A stretch of DNA of 64,000 nucleotides, from NCBI GenBank assembly GCA_964270895.1, contig OZ185435.1. The stretch is one strand, 5' to 3'. Under the pieces are notes generated by a model, which saw only the letters and a program-made list of their open reading frames with translations, searched no databases and was not told the origin of the DNA. The translations under genes and the position numbers were made by a program. Source of the DNA: Podarcis filfolensis. Lineage: Eukaryota. Below are positions 27,061-39,513 of the stretch, in pieces. Each line of letters starts with the position of its first letter. The stretch's first letter is position 1.

Positions 27061-29662
27061 CAGCCATCCCCAAATCCTTTGGTAGTGATTTCTGCTCTAG
27101 TTACATATTGTAAACAAGACACACCAAGTAAGTGTGGATATCATTGCAGTTTCATTGAGTTCGGCCTGAGTGACTGCTTCAGTATTGGGCACCGAACTGG
27201 CAGCATGATCTGCCATATTTTATGCTATAGCCCAATGGAGCATTTTACAGTACTTTTTATGTCTTGATTACATGTACTGCATATTCATCTGCATGAAAGA
27301 GAAGGCATTAGGAAAAAAACATTTCTTAAAAGTTTTACAAGTTCCTTTTATGTCCTCATTAAAGTATTAATTGCCATGAATGCACTGAAATATGTAGATC
27401 TAGACTAGAATGCTCTTTATTCTCTAGTAACATTATTGACCAGACCATTTAACTGCTTGAAGATATTTGCATTTTATGGTGGATCGCTGCAATGGCACTC
27501 AAATGTATTTTCCCTAGTAAATGAGATTATGCTTTTAGCATTTCAGAAAGAAAATAAATTAGTTTTAAAGCCTTTGGGAACCACCCCCAAGTCTTCTTTG
27601 ACAATCTAGTAAAAAGTAAAGATCCACACAGTGGAAATAATCCTAAACCTGCATTATCTTCTCAGGCTGCAAAATTACTTTTGTCTACTAGTCCATTTGA
27701 TAGAGAGTCTTTTTTGTTACGCTGTCTAGTAAAAATGCTATCTGAATGGTGCCAACTTCCTTAAGTTTTACTTGCTGGTGCCTGCAACTGGTTCACACTC
27801 AGATAATGCCTACACAAGAAATAACTATGGTGGATTTTATCAATGGTTTTCTTAATTCGTACTCATAGCAAAGAGAAGCACCAAAAAGGAACAGTTTACG
27901 TTGGGCTTCACCTAGTTTATTATGGGTGCAGATCCCACATCTCCCACCTGGCCAAGAAATGCAAGATCTGAGAATGCGTTCTTTGGGCAAGCAGAGGTGG
28001 GAAGGCTGGCCAGAGGTATAGCACAGAGGTGTCCATCCCTTGTAATGGCCCTAAGTGTTGCCTCCACATGTTCAGAGGGAACAGCACTGTTACGTTCTGA
28101 GGTGGTGATCTCTCCACATGCGAACACTGTTCCCATAGTGGACTGAATTGAGCCCATATTGTGTCACAGTAGCACATTTTCAGTTTGGGTGAATCCCTTT
28201 TTAAAAATTGTGTTTCTTTAAATGCACTGTTTAAAAGAAAAAAGAAAAACACTGGTTATTACCTATGTGAACATTAAAAGCCTACGTTATCTCGTCCTCC
28301 GCCCTGCATTGGTTTTCTGTAAAAAATTAATGGAGACCCAAATAAATAAGGCTATGGCTACAATTCTGTGCACATTTGACTTTGGGAGTAAGCTGCACTG
28401 AACTGTATGAATTACGCCCATAGGAATATGCAAAGGATTGAGGTGCATGAATAATTTCCTGCTTTTAATATAAGACCTTATTACGATCCTGTTACGCTGC
28501 TTCTTATACCAATCGGTCTATATACAGGTATTTCAGAGTGTTTTAAGAATTGTTTCCATTTTAAAGCATTTGAGGGTTGGCTTTGTTTTTCCGGGGGTGG
28601 GACTGTCTTGATATGATGGCCTTAGCATACATCAGCATACAGATTTTAAAAGCAGACAAATGCATTGGTTGCACTCTTGATGCTGGCAGGGCATTTGTGC
28701 CAATTGGGGTGCTGCACCAACAATTGAATCGAGTATATCAAAGTTACCTTGTTACATGGGTTGTTTCCCTCTGCCTTGACTGCTTTGCCAAACTGTATTT
28801 TAAAGATCTGATTGTTGGGTTCTTTTGCAACTTGTGTAGTTAAAACAGTTTTCTCATGGCATGTACATTCGAAAATGGATAATGTTTTGTAGCCATACAG
28901 TTTATTAAAGTCAACCCTGCAGCAAAAACCTCATAAGAATAACTGGATCTCAGTAAAGCTCCACTTTGAGTTTAAAGTGTATCTGCTTTAAAATCCAAAA
29001 TAAAATACGACACTTGGGTCTAAAAAAAATATCCAGGTCAGGGAGTTTCACTTTGAATTGCTTCATCTTGCACTCAGTTCACTCACTTTAAGTTCCCTAG
29101 CAAGAATATTGTCTCTTGCTATTTCTGCTACCTACCTCTTGACTGCTTCTCGCCCTCAATTTCTGATTTAAAGGAGCTACATTTACACTAACGAAACTCC
29201 TTCAAATCAGAGGTTTTTGTAAAAGTACAAACATGAAGTGTATTGAATCAGGGCATTTTCCAATAAACCATTATAAGAATTCACAGAGTTACCTTTGCTG
29301 CATATCATCTTGCCCTTATATTCCCACCCCTCCCTGTTTTTAAAATACCATTTAGAACTGGCCATGGGATGTTCCCTCTGTCTGTGTGCTCTTACTTGGA
29401 AAAGAAGGGCTATTGCAATGGATCCTCTCTCCCCCCCCAAAAAAATGAGTAAGAAGAAAGCGTTTACAGCAGTACTATGTTAAGTAAATTTTGTATGCTG
29501 CTGCCATCCAGTTAAACAAATGTTTGTAATCATTACAGTATTTTTAGCCATCAGCATTAGTATAAATCTCCACCATCAAGCTAATAAAACCAGCATAATT
29601 TTGTAAATGACTATGAAACAATAGTTTTGAAGAAGAAGAAAAGCATCCTTCTTATTCTAGAT

Positions 29663-29776
29663 CAGGGCTGGGGAATCTGTGGCCCTTGAGATGATGTTCG
29701 ACTACAGCTCCCATAATCCCTGGCCTATGCTGACTGACCAATGAGAGCTGGAGGGCCACAGGTTCCCCCAGCATTG
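29663..29776. mobile_element. hAT/Charlie-like MITE
   Basis: cagggctggggaatctgtggccc ... gggccacaggttccccca; left flank ttctagat fits the Charlie NTCTAGAN target preference. Confidence 0.65.
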
Positions 29777-30217
29777 CTTTTGATGGTGTCTCTTGTGAAA
29801 TATGCCTGCAGTATGTTAGAAAAGGTATTCCATTCCTGTGTGAGAGTGAAGGGGCAATGTCTCTTCCATCTGCCATGTTTATAACTCCTTTTTTAAGTGT
29901 TGCCCTTTTAAAATTGGGTGTTGGAGGTCCCTTTTTATTCTGTTAAAAAGCAGTTCAATTTATTTAACTAAACAATTAAAGGTTGCAGCCCTAGTTTTGA
30001 CAGGTTTCTCATTAGCCAAGAGCTTTTCTCTCCATGGGGTTTGAGATATGTAATTTAAATAAATCTGTACAGTGCTCTTCAGCTATGGTCCCTGGGCAGT
30101 TTACACCAAAATAAAAATGCATAGTAAAAGTGAAAAAAATCCAAACGTACAATAAACACCACAGCTAAAAATAGTTCAATTTAAAAATGTAAAAGCTGGG
30201 AGAATTATTATATTTAT

Positions 30218-30641
30218 GTTGTTGTTGTTTAGTCATTTGGTCATGTCCAACTCTTCGTGACCCCATGGACCAGAGCACGCCAGGCACTCCTGTCTTCCAC
30301 TGCCTCCCGCAGTTTAGTCAAACACATGCTGGTAGCTTCGAGAACACCGTCTAACCATCTCGTCCTCTGTCGTCCCCTTCTCCTTGTGCCCTCCATCTTT
30401 CCCAGCATCAGGGTCTTTTCCAGGGAGTCTTCTCTTCTCATGAGGTGGCCAAAGTATTGGACCCTCAGCTTCAGGATCTGTCCTTCCAGCGAGCACTCAG
30501 GGCTGATTTCCTTAGGTTTGATCTTCTTGCAGTCCATGGGACTCTCAAGAGTCTCCTCCAGCACCAAAATTCAAAAGCATCAATTCTTTGGCGATCAGCC
30601 TTCTTTATGGTCCAGCTCTCACTTCCATACATCACTACTGC
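30218..30641 (-). mobile_element. BovB (RTE) LINE, 5'-truncated 3' end
   Basis: Minus-strand translation VVMYGSESWTIKKADRQRIDAFEFWCWRRLLRVPWTARRSN / EISPECSLEGQILKL...EDRSAWRALVHGVTKS is the BovB RT C-terminus; small internal frameshift; (caa)n tail. Confidence 0.93.
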
Positions 30642-30809
30642 CTTGTGCCAAATAAGGGTAAGTGTGTTGGTGACAGGGAAACCACCCTGGGGAGGAAATT
30701 TCACTAACAAAGGTACCAAGATTTTCCTCTGGCCACTGCACCTCAGATAGCTTCTCTCTCATTAGAAAAGGGAAAGGAGAGCTATTGTTTCTGGGTTGGA
30801 GAGTCTTCA

Positions 30810-31050
30810 AAGAGTATATTTGCTCAGACAGGCTGACCAGGGAGCAGGCGTTCTTTCAGTACCCTGTCCCAAGCCATGTAGGGGCTTTTAATGCTAAGCA
30901 CCAGCACTTTGAATTGTGCCTGACAACGGTTGCCAGTTAAGGACTTTAATGACTGCTGAAATACTGTTCTAGCCACCAGTCCTAGTCAGTAGCCTAGTAG
31001 CTGTATTTTGAACAATACAGATTGTTTGTCAGATGATGGTAGTTACGCAG
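30810..31050 (-). mobile_element. L2 LINE ORF2 C-terminal fragment, degraded
   Basis: Reverse complement encodes VQNTATRLL...LNW...AQFKVLVL-like L2 motifs. Confidence 0.65.
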
Positions 31051-34000
31051 ATCCACAACTGCACTTCACATTCAGTTTGAGGACAGATAAGCTACTTTAA
31101 ACAGAATACTTTTTCTGCACAGAAAGTACCTTCCATATAGGAAATGAATATGAAAGCTGTGGGTCTCTCTGCCACAATCCTGCTGCTTCATCTTACATTA
31201 TTTAACACCAGAGTACAGTACTTGAAACCAGGGGTTTTCTGCTGTTGAGTACATGATTTCTATCTCTAGAGCTGCCAACAGGAGTCTTCTGCTTGTTTTA
31301 GAATCCTTGTAATCTCATTGAATTAGGATTAAGACGTGTAGTTCCAAAGCTTGTTTAAATCTAAGTACTCTTTCTTTAAAAGTTTGTTTTTGATTGGGGT
31401 ATTCAAGGCCCGTAAGTTTCCATTGTTTTGTTGTGCTATAGTTTTGCAGTGGTTTCTATTTGGACTCCATGATGCTCACGATTCTTTAGAAGTCCAAAAT
31501 TAATAAAACATAAGGCAAAGCCCTTTTTCTTAAATTATATCCACAATATATTTCATACATTGGCCACTGAATTGAAAGTTGGAAACTTATTTGAAAAGGA
31601 AATGATGTAATTCATGCAGATTTGTATTTAATTTGCATGATTGCTTGGTTAAAAGGAGTGCTACTACAATTGATTCCACCTCCTCCCCCATGATTCATCA
31701 TTACCTTAATTTTTTATTTTAAAAAACCAATAGACATACAATCATCAAAACACTTATTCTAGGATCCACTCCAGATTTTAGTGGCTAGATGGATTGCAAC
31801 AATATTAGCCTAGCCAGTATCAAATTTGGCAAAAGCAACACTGTTCCCTTTTGTTACCACAAAGAAAGCCCACATTTTAAGAGCGACAACTAACTGGCTT
31901 GGAAAAGAAGAAAGCTGCTGTGGAAAATATTTGCATCTCATTAGTATTACTGAATAGATTTGCTTTTTTGAGCACAATAATCACTAGAATTTCCGAGCAA
32001 TGGCCTGTGCATTGCAATTTGGGGGATTGGATCCTTCAGCTTCTATCACCTACTAAAGTCTCACTGCTGAAAATGGCTCCTTTAAATGTTTTAGTTCTAT
32101 AACTAAACATTATGCCCAGTGCTAAGTAATCTCAGGATCTATCCCCAGAGATCTCGCAAGTATTCGTCATATGTCTTATTAACATTTTTTTTTAAAAAAA
32201 TAGCTCTATTATTTATTGTACTTATTTCGTATTAGCAGTAGAAAAATCAAACGAAGTCTCAAGACACTATATTGTACATTATAAAATTACAGAAAAATAT
32301 ATTTTGCCAAAAATATGAAGGAGCTAGAAAAAAGCACATTTGAAATAGCACAAATTTACATTGCTGGATCTGCCATTGTAGGGGTTTGGGTGTGTTTTGG
32401 GAGGGGGAGGGAGTTGGGTAAATCATTGGTTCCAGATTAAGAAATTGATCTGCATTTTCCAGCACTTCGATTTATTGCATTAAACTTCTTTACCAGTTCA
32501 TTTCAGAGCCAAGCAATTTCCTTATTTGTCACGAAAGTGTATCCAATAAACTCAGTGTGAATTAGCTTTTCAAAATCAACAGGCCTGGGTTTTTCTTAAA
32601 TATATCGTTCTCCGACCTTACTTCTTTCCCCCATGTTCTAGAATTTCAATTTATAAGTGAGCTCCAATTTTGTGTTCACTTGAATTTCACGCCTTTTCTT
32701 TTGCAAAGAAAGACTGAAAAATATGTCCCATAATACATCTATATCCCCAGGCCCGGCCTATTGAGTAAAATATCCCATTGAAATATCACACAACTTGTAA
32801 TAACAGTTTTGCCTTTGAAATGTAACAATTGCTTAAAGACTCGAACTTGCACAAACAAACTCCCAAGTATAAACCATCTAAGGATTGAACTCATTATGCT
32901 CCTTTTGGGAGTCCATAATGAGTTGGGAGTGGAAGGTAGTCTGTAACTGCCTCCGCAAGGAATGTATCATCTAGAGTTAAATTTGTATGACCTCTGAAAT
33001 TGTGCCTGAGCTCCTTCTCGTGTACACAAAGAATCCGGAAAGGGAATTTGTTGTTGCATAATAGTGTGATGTGAATAATCTAGTATCTCAGCCTGAGACC
33101 TTGAGGAAAGTACACTAATCTGTACAAAATATCTCAGCGCTGACCCAAACTTGTTTTCCATTGAGTTCTCTGGACATTATGGCTATCCCACATGTGGGAG
33201 ACATTTTGGGTGCATTGTGGATATTGGAATTAAATGCCTTTGCAAAACCAAAATAACAGACATTTTCTATTTAGTTGTTTTCCTTTTTGCAGATTTGCCC
33301 CTTCTTCTTTTTACTCTATAGATACCGTATGTGTAGCATTCTACAGGCATGCTGGGTAAAATATACTATGCAAATGTGTACAGTGTCGCATGTTTTGCTA
33401 TCTCTCTGCTTTTAGTGGCTTTCAAGGAAAACAAAAGTGTTGTTATTTTTGTGAGCCCAAAACATCTAACAGAAGAAAATGCAGACTGCATGCTTACAGT
33501 ACCCTGATTTCTATGGATTTGTTTTATGGAATTTAGATGTATTAAACTGCATTAACAACATTTTTTCTACAATAAATCAAACAAAAACGTCTAGACTCTA
33601 TGCCTACATGTCTTATCTCTGAGTGGTTAGACCTAACAAGCAGAAAACATTTTTAAAAGGTGGAGCTTGAGCATTTCCTTTATCATCATACATAATTACA
33701 TGCCGCTCTAAAGCTTGGAACCTTTTCTTAAGTCGCGGGTTGCACTCCCTTGCAGACCACCTTACACATTCCAGAGGCAAAATGGATGGAACAATGTATG
33801 TGTCCCTGACCTTTGTACAGTAGGCTATATTCCAGGCATGCAAAAGCTACTGATCCACACATACCACCATCCTCTATGCAGGCAAACAAGAACCATAATC
33901 ACAGTTCAAAGTCGTATGTCAAGCAGGTAAGAGTGGTCAAGGAGGGTTGTGGAAATGAATTTATGTAAAATAGAAAATGCAAAAATAAAATTTATTTCAA

Positions 34001-34667
34001 AAAAGGAGGGTTCTGATCTGGGGGAGCACTGTGCATTGTGCTTCAGAGTCCAGCTTGACTGACTGCACAGAGTGAGCATACCTGTGCTACATCTTTTAAA
34101 ACACCCTTTTAGTGCCATGCTGAATTCCATCCCACCATTCTCCAGCAATTTAATGAGAAAACAAATGGTATTCAAAACAGTATTCAAATGAGAGGTGTCA
34201 GATAACTTGGGTGTGTTACAGGTCTTTGTTGCACTTACGTTACTTTCGAAGAGGCCAGTGCGTGGTGTGTTTTTTTAGAAAGTACCTGTTTGTTTGACAA
34301 GTGAGTACCAGGTGATCCTCATCTAAGTTGTGTGCATTCCAAAGCCACAGAAAAATCTGTGGACCAAGATTAAGGGGATATTAAACAGCATCTTGACAGG
34401 AGTGCCTTCCCTTCACTACTTCCATCCTAAACTGAAATCTTGCTTCAATTCAAACCCATCCCCTCTCATTACTCTCAATGCTGGATAGCTGCTCTGCCCA
34501 GGCAGGTAGGGTGAACAGTCTGCATGGATTCTTGCTGTTTCTGCCTACTGTCCCAGAGACTGCCTGGAAGCTGGACCATTGTCCACCCGTTGCTTGCATA
34601 GTTCCAGCTCAAGGTCCTGGGAGAAAAGAGCATGAGCACTATGCAGACAGTGGTTCTGTAGCCACTA

Positions 34668-34914
34668 CAGCGGTACCTTGGTTGTCAAACTTTATCCGTT
34701 CCGGGAGTGCGTTCGATTCCCGGAACTGTTCGAAAATCAAGGCGCGGCTTCCGATTGGCTGCAGGAGCCTCCTGCACTCAATCAGAAGCCGCAGAAGCCA
34801 CGTCAGTAGTTCAGCTTCCAAAAAACGTTTGCAAATTGGAACACTTCTAAGTTTGTGGTGTTCGGGAGCTGATTTGTTTGGGAGCCAAGCTGTTTGACAA
34901 CCAAGGTACCACTG
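34668..34914 (-). mobile_element. Tc1/mariner-type MITE, opposite orientation to 12028
   Basis: TIRs cagcggtaccttggttgtcaaac / gtttgacaaccaaggtaccactg (22/23); TA flanks; interior is the reverse complement of the 12028 copy. Confidence 0.9.
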
Positions 34915-35004
34915 TATTGGATTTTGAGCACCAGCATGTCTGACTCCCCTTCTAACTCCAGGTTTGTGACCTCCCTGAAAATTCTACCCCACCGTTTATG
35001 AAAC

Positions 35005-35092
35005 TAAGAGTCCAATCCTATTGAGGCTAAAGTAAGTCCCATTAAATGCAGTGGGACTTATGCCTAAGTACATTTGTATAGGATTGCAGCCC
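35005..35092. mobile_element. Short palindromic non-autonomous element (caatcctat...ataggattg)
   Basis: Inverted ends; a degraded relative lies near 24310-24400. Confidence 0.55.
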
Positions 35093-35154
35093 AGGTGACA
35101 GCATAGTTGGGCTCTCTGTCAATTATATAGATCATTGGTCTATAGTGATATGAT

Positions 35155-35605
35155 GCTTAGATCACTGTGGAGTGCTCTACATAGGGCTGCCTTTGAAGGG
35201 TACTTCAACTGGTCCAGAATACTGCAGCCAGGCTAATGGGGGCTGCATATAAGATGCACATGACTCTTTACTTGAAACGACTGTGCTGGCTTCTGTTTTG
35301 TTGCCAGGCCAAATTCAATGTTTGGGCTTTAAAGTCCTTTAGGAAACGGCCTGTTTACTGTCTTCTGTGTGCCCAACTTCCCCCCAAATATGCTTAGCTG
35401 GGACAAGAGCCCTGGAACTGCTTTCCAAAGGCAGTTCATCCTCCCCTTCATTATGTCTATTTCTTTTACATTGCAAAAATTGAAGTGCAGTTTCTGTTTC
35501 TTTAGATTGTAAGCCTAAAGGCAGGGGCTGTCTTATCATTGTCACTTGTAAATTGCTCTGGGAGCCTATTTTTGGTTGAAGAGTGGGATAAAAATGCAAT
35601 AAAAA
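35155..35605 (+). mobile_element. L2 LINE 3' end (ORF2 C-terminus plus tail), degraded
   Basis: LYIGLPLK / QLVQNTAARL motifs across frameshifts; tail gattgtaagcct...gaagagtgggataaaaat. Confidence 0.7.
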
Positions 35606-36191
35606 ATTCTAATGGCCTTCCGTAGGATGGTCACAACCTTCCTTTTTTAAGGAACGCTTTTGATCCCTAAGTGGTTGCTTCCTTTTTGACATGATTCTAA
35701 TTGCTACCATTAAATTGTTCTTGATAGCTGTTTGTACTTTTCCTCTCTCCCTCTCTGCTGTTTTGGCTTTTATGGCTGTTTTAGTGTATTTTTGTAATGG
35801 AAAATTGTTTTGAATTGTGGGTAAGCTATGTGAAATTATTTAACTTCTTAAAATATGTGCTCTACTGTTGAGCTCCAGAACTTCATATCTACATCACATT
35901 TAAGCTGGAAGAATAACGGATTACAGTTACAGTAAAAGACTTACTACCCGTGAGATGTGTTAGAATACAGGTTAACTGTAAATATTAACATTAATTTTAA
36001 GATTATCCTAGTGCTTTTGTACTCATGGGCCATGATGCAGGAAAGCAGGAGCACATTCATTTATTTTATCAAGCAAGTATATAGACTAAGATATGTACAT
36101 TTTGACTTGTATGCTACTGAAAAAAAGAAAGAAAACAGAACAGTCAGCGAAGAAACATGGAATATATCTCTGGAGGCTATGTATGCCTGGT

Positions 36192-36410
36192 GGTACCAGT
36201 GTGGTGTAGTGCTGGAAGAGGACTTGGAAGACCAGGGTTCAAATCCCCACTCAGTCACAAAGCTCACTGGGTGCGACCTCGCCCTGGGTCCCTGTCTCTC
36301 AGTCTCAGTCTTGCTGTGAGGATAAAATTGGAAAAAAGGGAGAAGCATGAATGTCATCTTGAGCTCTCTGGAAGAAAGGTGAGATATCAATGTAATAAAA
36401 TAAATATGAA
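36192..36410 (+). mobile_element. MIR-like tRNA-derived SINE
   Basis: gtggtgtagtg A box, gggttcaaatccc B box, core-like segment, A-rich tail. Confidence 0.65.
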
Positions 36411-36634
36411 ATGTGCTAACCCAGCTATTGTGGACATTGCAGAGAAACAACAATTGTAGGTAGCTGTGTTGATCCATTAGAGAGGAAAAACCACCAAAAA
36501 GCCACACACAGTATGTATGGTCTGTAGCATTGTTACAACCGACTTTTGTCAGTAAGCTTTCAAGTAGCCAGAACTGTTCAACAGACTGGATGTTAATACA
36601 AAACGGGTGGGGAAAAGGCTGGAGGTTTTTGTTT

Positions 36635-36960
36635 GCTTATTATTTATTTATTACATATCTATTCTGTTCCCTCCTCCCAGAGGAACCCAGAGCGGACAGT
36701 AGCAAAGTAGTAAAACAAACAATTTAAACAAAAACGCATTTAAAACATTTTATCACAATTAAGTGCATTCCACACATTGGGTGCTACATGTATCTTGATG
36801 TTAGAGCCATGGCTGTTGGCACAGTATTACTTATTATTAATCTATGGAATTTATTTATTGTCCTATTAAATTTACATGCCGCCCTTCACCCGATGATCAC
36901 AAAGTGCCTTACAGTATAAAAAACTAAAAAAACCACTTAATAAAAAACGAAACAACTAAA
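36635..36960 (-). mobile_element. Two adjacent L2-type 3' tails
   Basis: (ttat)n followed by ccctcctcccagagg..cccagagcgg and by gccgcccttcacccga..cacaaagtgccttaca. Confidence 0.5.
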
Positions 36961-37539
36961 AATCAAAATTAAAAACCCCACACAAAGTCACCCACCCCCT
37001 GGATGAGCAGCCGTCTTGAAAAGTAGCAAAACCTGATGCTACCGGCTTGATTCCCTGAGAAACTTTCATTGATTCCGACTCCCACCATTTCAGATTAGAT
37101 TTTGTTAAGAGGTGCGGACATGACCAAAAGTAAAACGACGACGCATAAGAAATATAAACCACAAAGCATCACAGCCGGGAAGGACAAAAGGCCCAAAGGA
37201 GCAGAACAACAGAATAGCAGAGATTCCATTTACAAATATGCAAAAACAATTCTCTACCCGCGAGAGCCACCGTTGTTGAGAATAGAGGCTCTATGCAGTG
37301 TCTTAAGCGAGCCAGGCATGTGCCTATCTATGCAGGGACACTGGAGACACATGCTGTGCCTCCATATTCCAAGAAACCCCAAACTCCTTCGAGCTCTGCC
37401 GATTCTTTTAGCCCACGAGGTGCCTTTATAAGGAGGGCAATTTGCCAAACCCTAAAGTAACGGAAGAAAAAGATCCCGAAACACCATACAATTCCTATTA
37501 TTTATTTATTCGAGCCATTTTGACTGAAGTTTCGAAACA

Positions 37540-38790
37540 TTAAAGGAGCCGAAGAGCCAGCGAGCCACCCCTCCCTTCCAGAGGACGAAAAGAAGGCAAC
37601 GCGTTAGTGCCTACGCCCGCCATCTCCCCAACTGCCTCCGAGCCAAAGAGCAGCAACGCAGCCCGGCGCCTCGCACGAGTGGAACCCCTTCTCAGCCAAT
37701 CACAAAGCGGAGGCGGAGCGGAGCAGGCAGTCTTTGAACTCCCACCGTTCGACGAAGCCCTTGGAGGGTGACGAGCGTTCCCCGCCCACTTGGGTCGACC
37801 CCGCCCTCACGCTGCAAACCCCGCCCGCTCTATGCTACGCCCCGCCCCCTGGCGCCGTCGCATCATCCTGCCTGCTCGGCTGGAAAAGCGGCGCTTTGCG
37901 GTAGGAGCGGGAGCGCGCACGCACGGACGCTGGCTGACGGACGGGAGCGCTCTCTCAGTTTCCCTCGGACGGTGTCCGGCGGTGCCCAAACACCATCCGT
38001 TCCCCTCAGAGCGGCGAGGCCTACGAAAAAAAAAGCGAAGCTCGAGAAGGAGGGGTGGAGAGGAGAGAAGTAGTTGCGGCGAGGCCGGCGGCAATGTCCG
38101 CGAGGAGCGGCGAGGGGCGCGCGGCGGCGGCGTTGCTGCGGGCGACCGTCTCCGAGGCGCGGGGCCTGCACCGCCACCGCCGCCACTACTACTACCACCA
38201 CCTTCCTGCTGCTCCTGCTGCCGCTCCGCTCCTCCTCACTCCCCGCAGCTGGGCTGTGGCCAGGGACTGAGCGCGGGGGGAGGCCGAGGCCGGGCGGGGA
38301 ACAAGAAGTGAGCCGGTGCGGAGCTGCCCCGGGGGGCGGCCGAAGCTCCCGCCGCCTGAGCATGGGAATCCTCTTCGCTCGGATATGGAGGCTGTTCAAC
38401 CACCAAGGTGAGGGAGAAAGGCAGGCTCGGGCTCCGGCTTCTCCCGAGTCCATGCGGAGCTGCTGCTGCTGCTGCTCGTCGCGTAGCCGAGGGAGGCCGA
38501 CGGCAGGCGGGCGGGCTTCGGGTTGTGAGGCGCCGCTTCTGCCTTCCTGGTGGCGCCCGAGGTCAAGAGAGCGAGGAGTCGGGGGGGGGGGCAAAGGGGG
38601 AGCCCCGAAGGCACCTGAGGCAGCAGCTTTGGAGGCGCCCCTCCCCCCCCCGCAGGGCTGAGCATCTGTTATGGTCACCTTTCCCTTAGGTGGGATCAAA
38701 GTGCGGGCACAACTCACCCAGCAGCTGAATACAATCGTTCCCGGGGGGGGGCGGGCAAGGCGAAAAAAGGCTTCTGCTTTCTCCTGGTTC
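37540..38790. promoter_or_regulatory. CpG island / ARL5A promoter and 5' region
   Basis: Very high GC and CpG density; CCAAT at 37696-37700; several CCGCCC GC boxes at about 37780-37850; NRF1-like gcgcgcacgc near 37914; contains exon 1. Confidence 0.9.
38362..38407 (+). CDS. ARL5A: ARL5A coding exon 1 (MGILFARIWRLFNHQ; Gly2 myristoylation site)
   Basis: gagcATGG start in CpG island; donor gtgagg; N-terminus is ARL5A-type, not ARL5B-type. Confidence 0.96.
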
Positions 38791-39339
38791 GGGTTGTGGA
38801 AAGAACTATTTTCCTGTGTGTATGGGAGCCGCTCTCGCTTGTGTGAATGTAGGGAAAAGGGCAGTGCTGGGTCTCGCCTCAAAGGGCAGCTGTGGAAGAG
38901 GGGAAAAAGATACTGAGAATGCAAGTGAAGTGTTTTGAACAGTGCTGTAAAAAATACTAGAATTAGCCGTTGAGTGGCGATGGGTTCAGAGAAATGCAGC
39001 AAGGGGAGCGCGTCTGACTAGTATGTGCGGTGAAAGGAAGGTGGGAAGAACGACTTAGCAGCATGTGTTGTAGGAGGGTAATGATTGTTTTTTAAACAGC
39101 TGGTGGCATTGACCCTAATGGTGGGAAATTGGGGAGATTAGATTGGGCTTCTAGTGAGAAGCTGGCTTACAGCTGATTGTGTTCTTGTGGTGCCTTTGAT
39201 TGAGGGAGAATTAAGTATTGCTCAGAACTGAGAAGTCTGCAGTTAATTTTCTGTTATTGATTGTGCAGTGTTGTACCACCTTATATTTTTCAGTGCTTGC
39301 CAAATGCATAACTCTTTTGAGAACCTCGTTATTGGGTTG

Positions 39340-39513
39340 TTGTTCTTATTTTTCATTATGTATTTTGTGATTTTATATTTTGATTTTATAATAATAATTA
39401 TGTATTATTCATACCCTGCCCATCTGGCTGAGTTTTCCCAGCCACTCTTGTGAATTGCCCTGAGACCTCTGGGTATAGGGCGGTATATAAATACAATAAA
39501 CAATCATAATAAT
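39340..39513. mobile_element. Nested LINE tails: a minus-strand tail (about 39391-39448) inside or against a plus-strand L2 tail
   Basis: ataccctgcccatctggctgagttttcccagccactct followed by gtgaattgccctgagacctctgggtatagggcggtatataaat. Confidence 0.6.

Larger units (their letters stand above)
21197..28290 (+). other. CACNB4: CACNB4 3' UTR (extent uncertain; possibly several kb)
   Basis: Follows the stop; proximal AATAAA runs at about 21650-21710; distal ATTAAA at 28273-28278 and AATAAA at 28341-28346. Confidence 0.3.

Noticed and set aside
30241-30750. Cluster of 60-130 aa ORFs as host genes
   Set aside because: All derive from the truncated BovB reverse-transcriptase end or its antisense strand
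32888-32924. Small hairpin (11-bp stem, bulge, 4-bp stem)
   Set aside because: Only 37 nt, too short for a pre-miRNA; probably a palindromic repeat remnant
37863-39002. 379-aa minus-strand ORF and other long ORFs over the CpG island
   Set aside because: Low-complexity Arg/Pro/Gly/Ala products are expected from stop-poor GC-rich DNA; no recognisable domain
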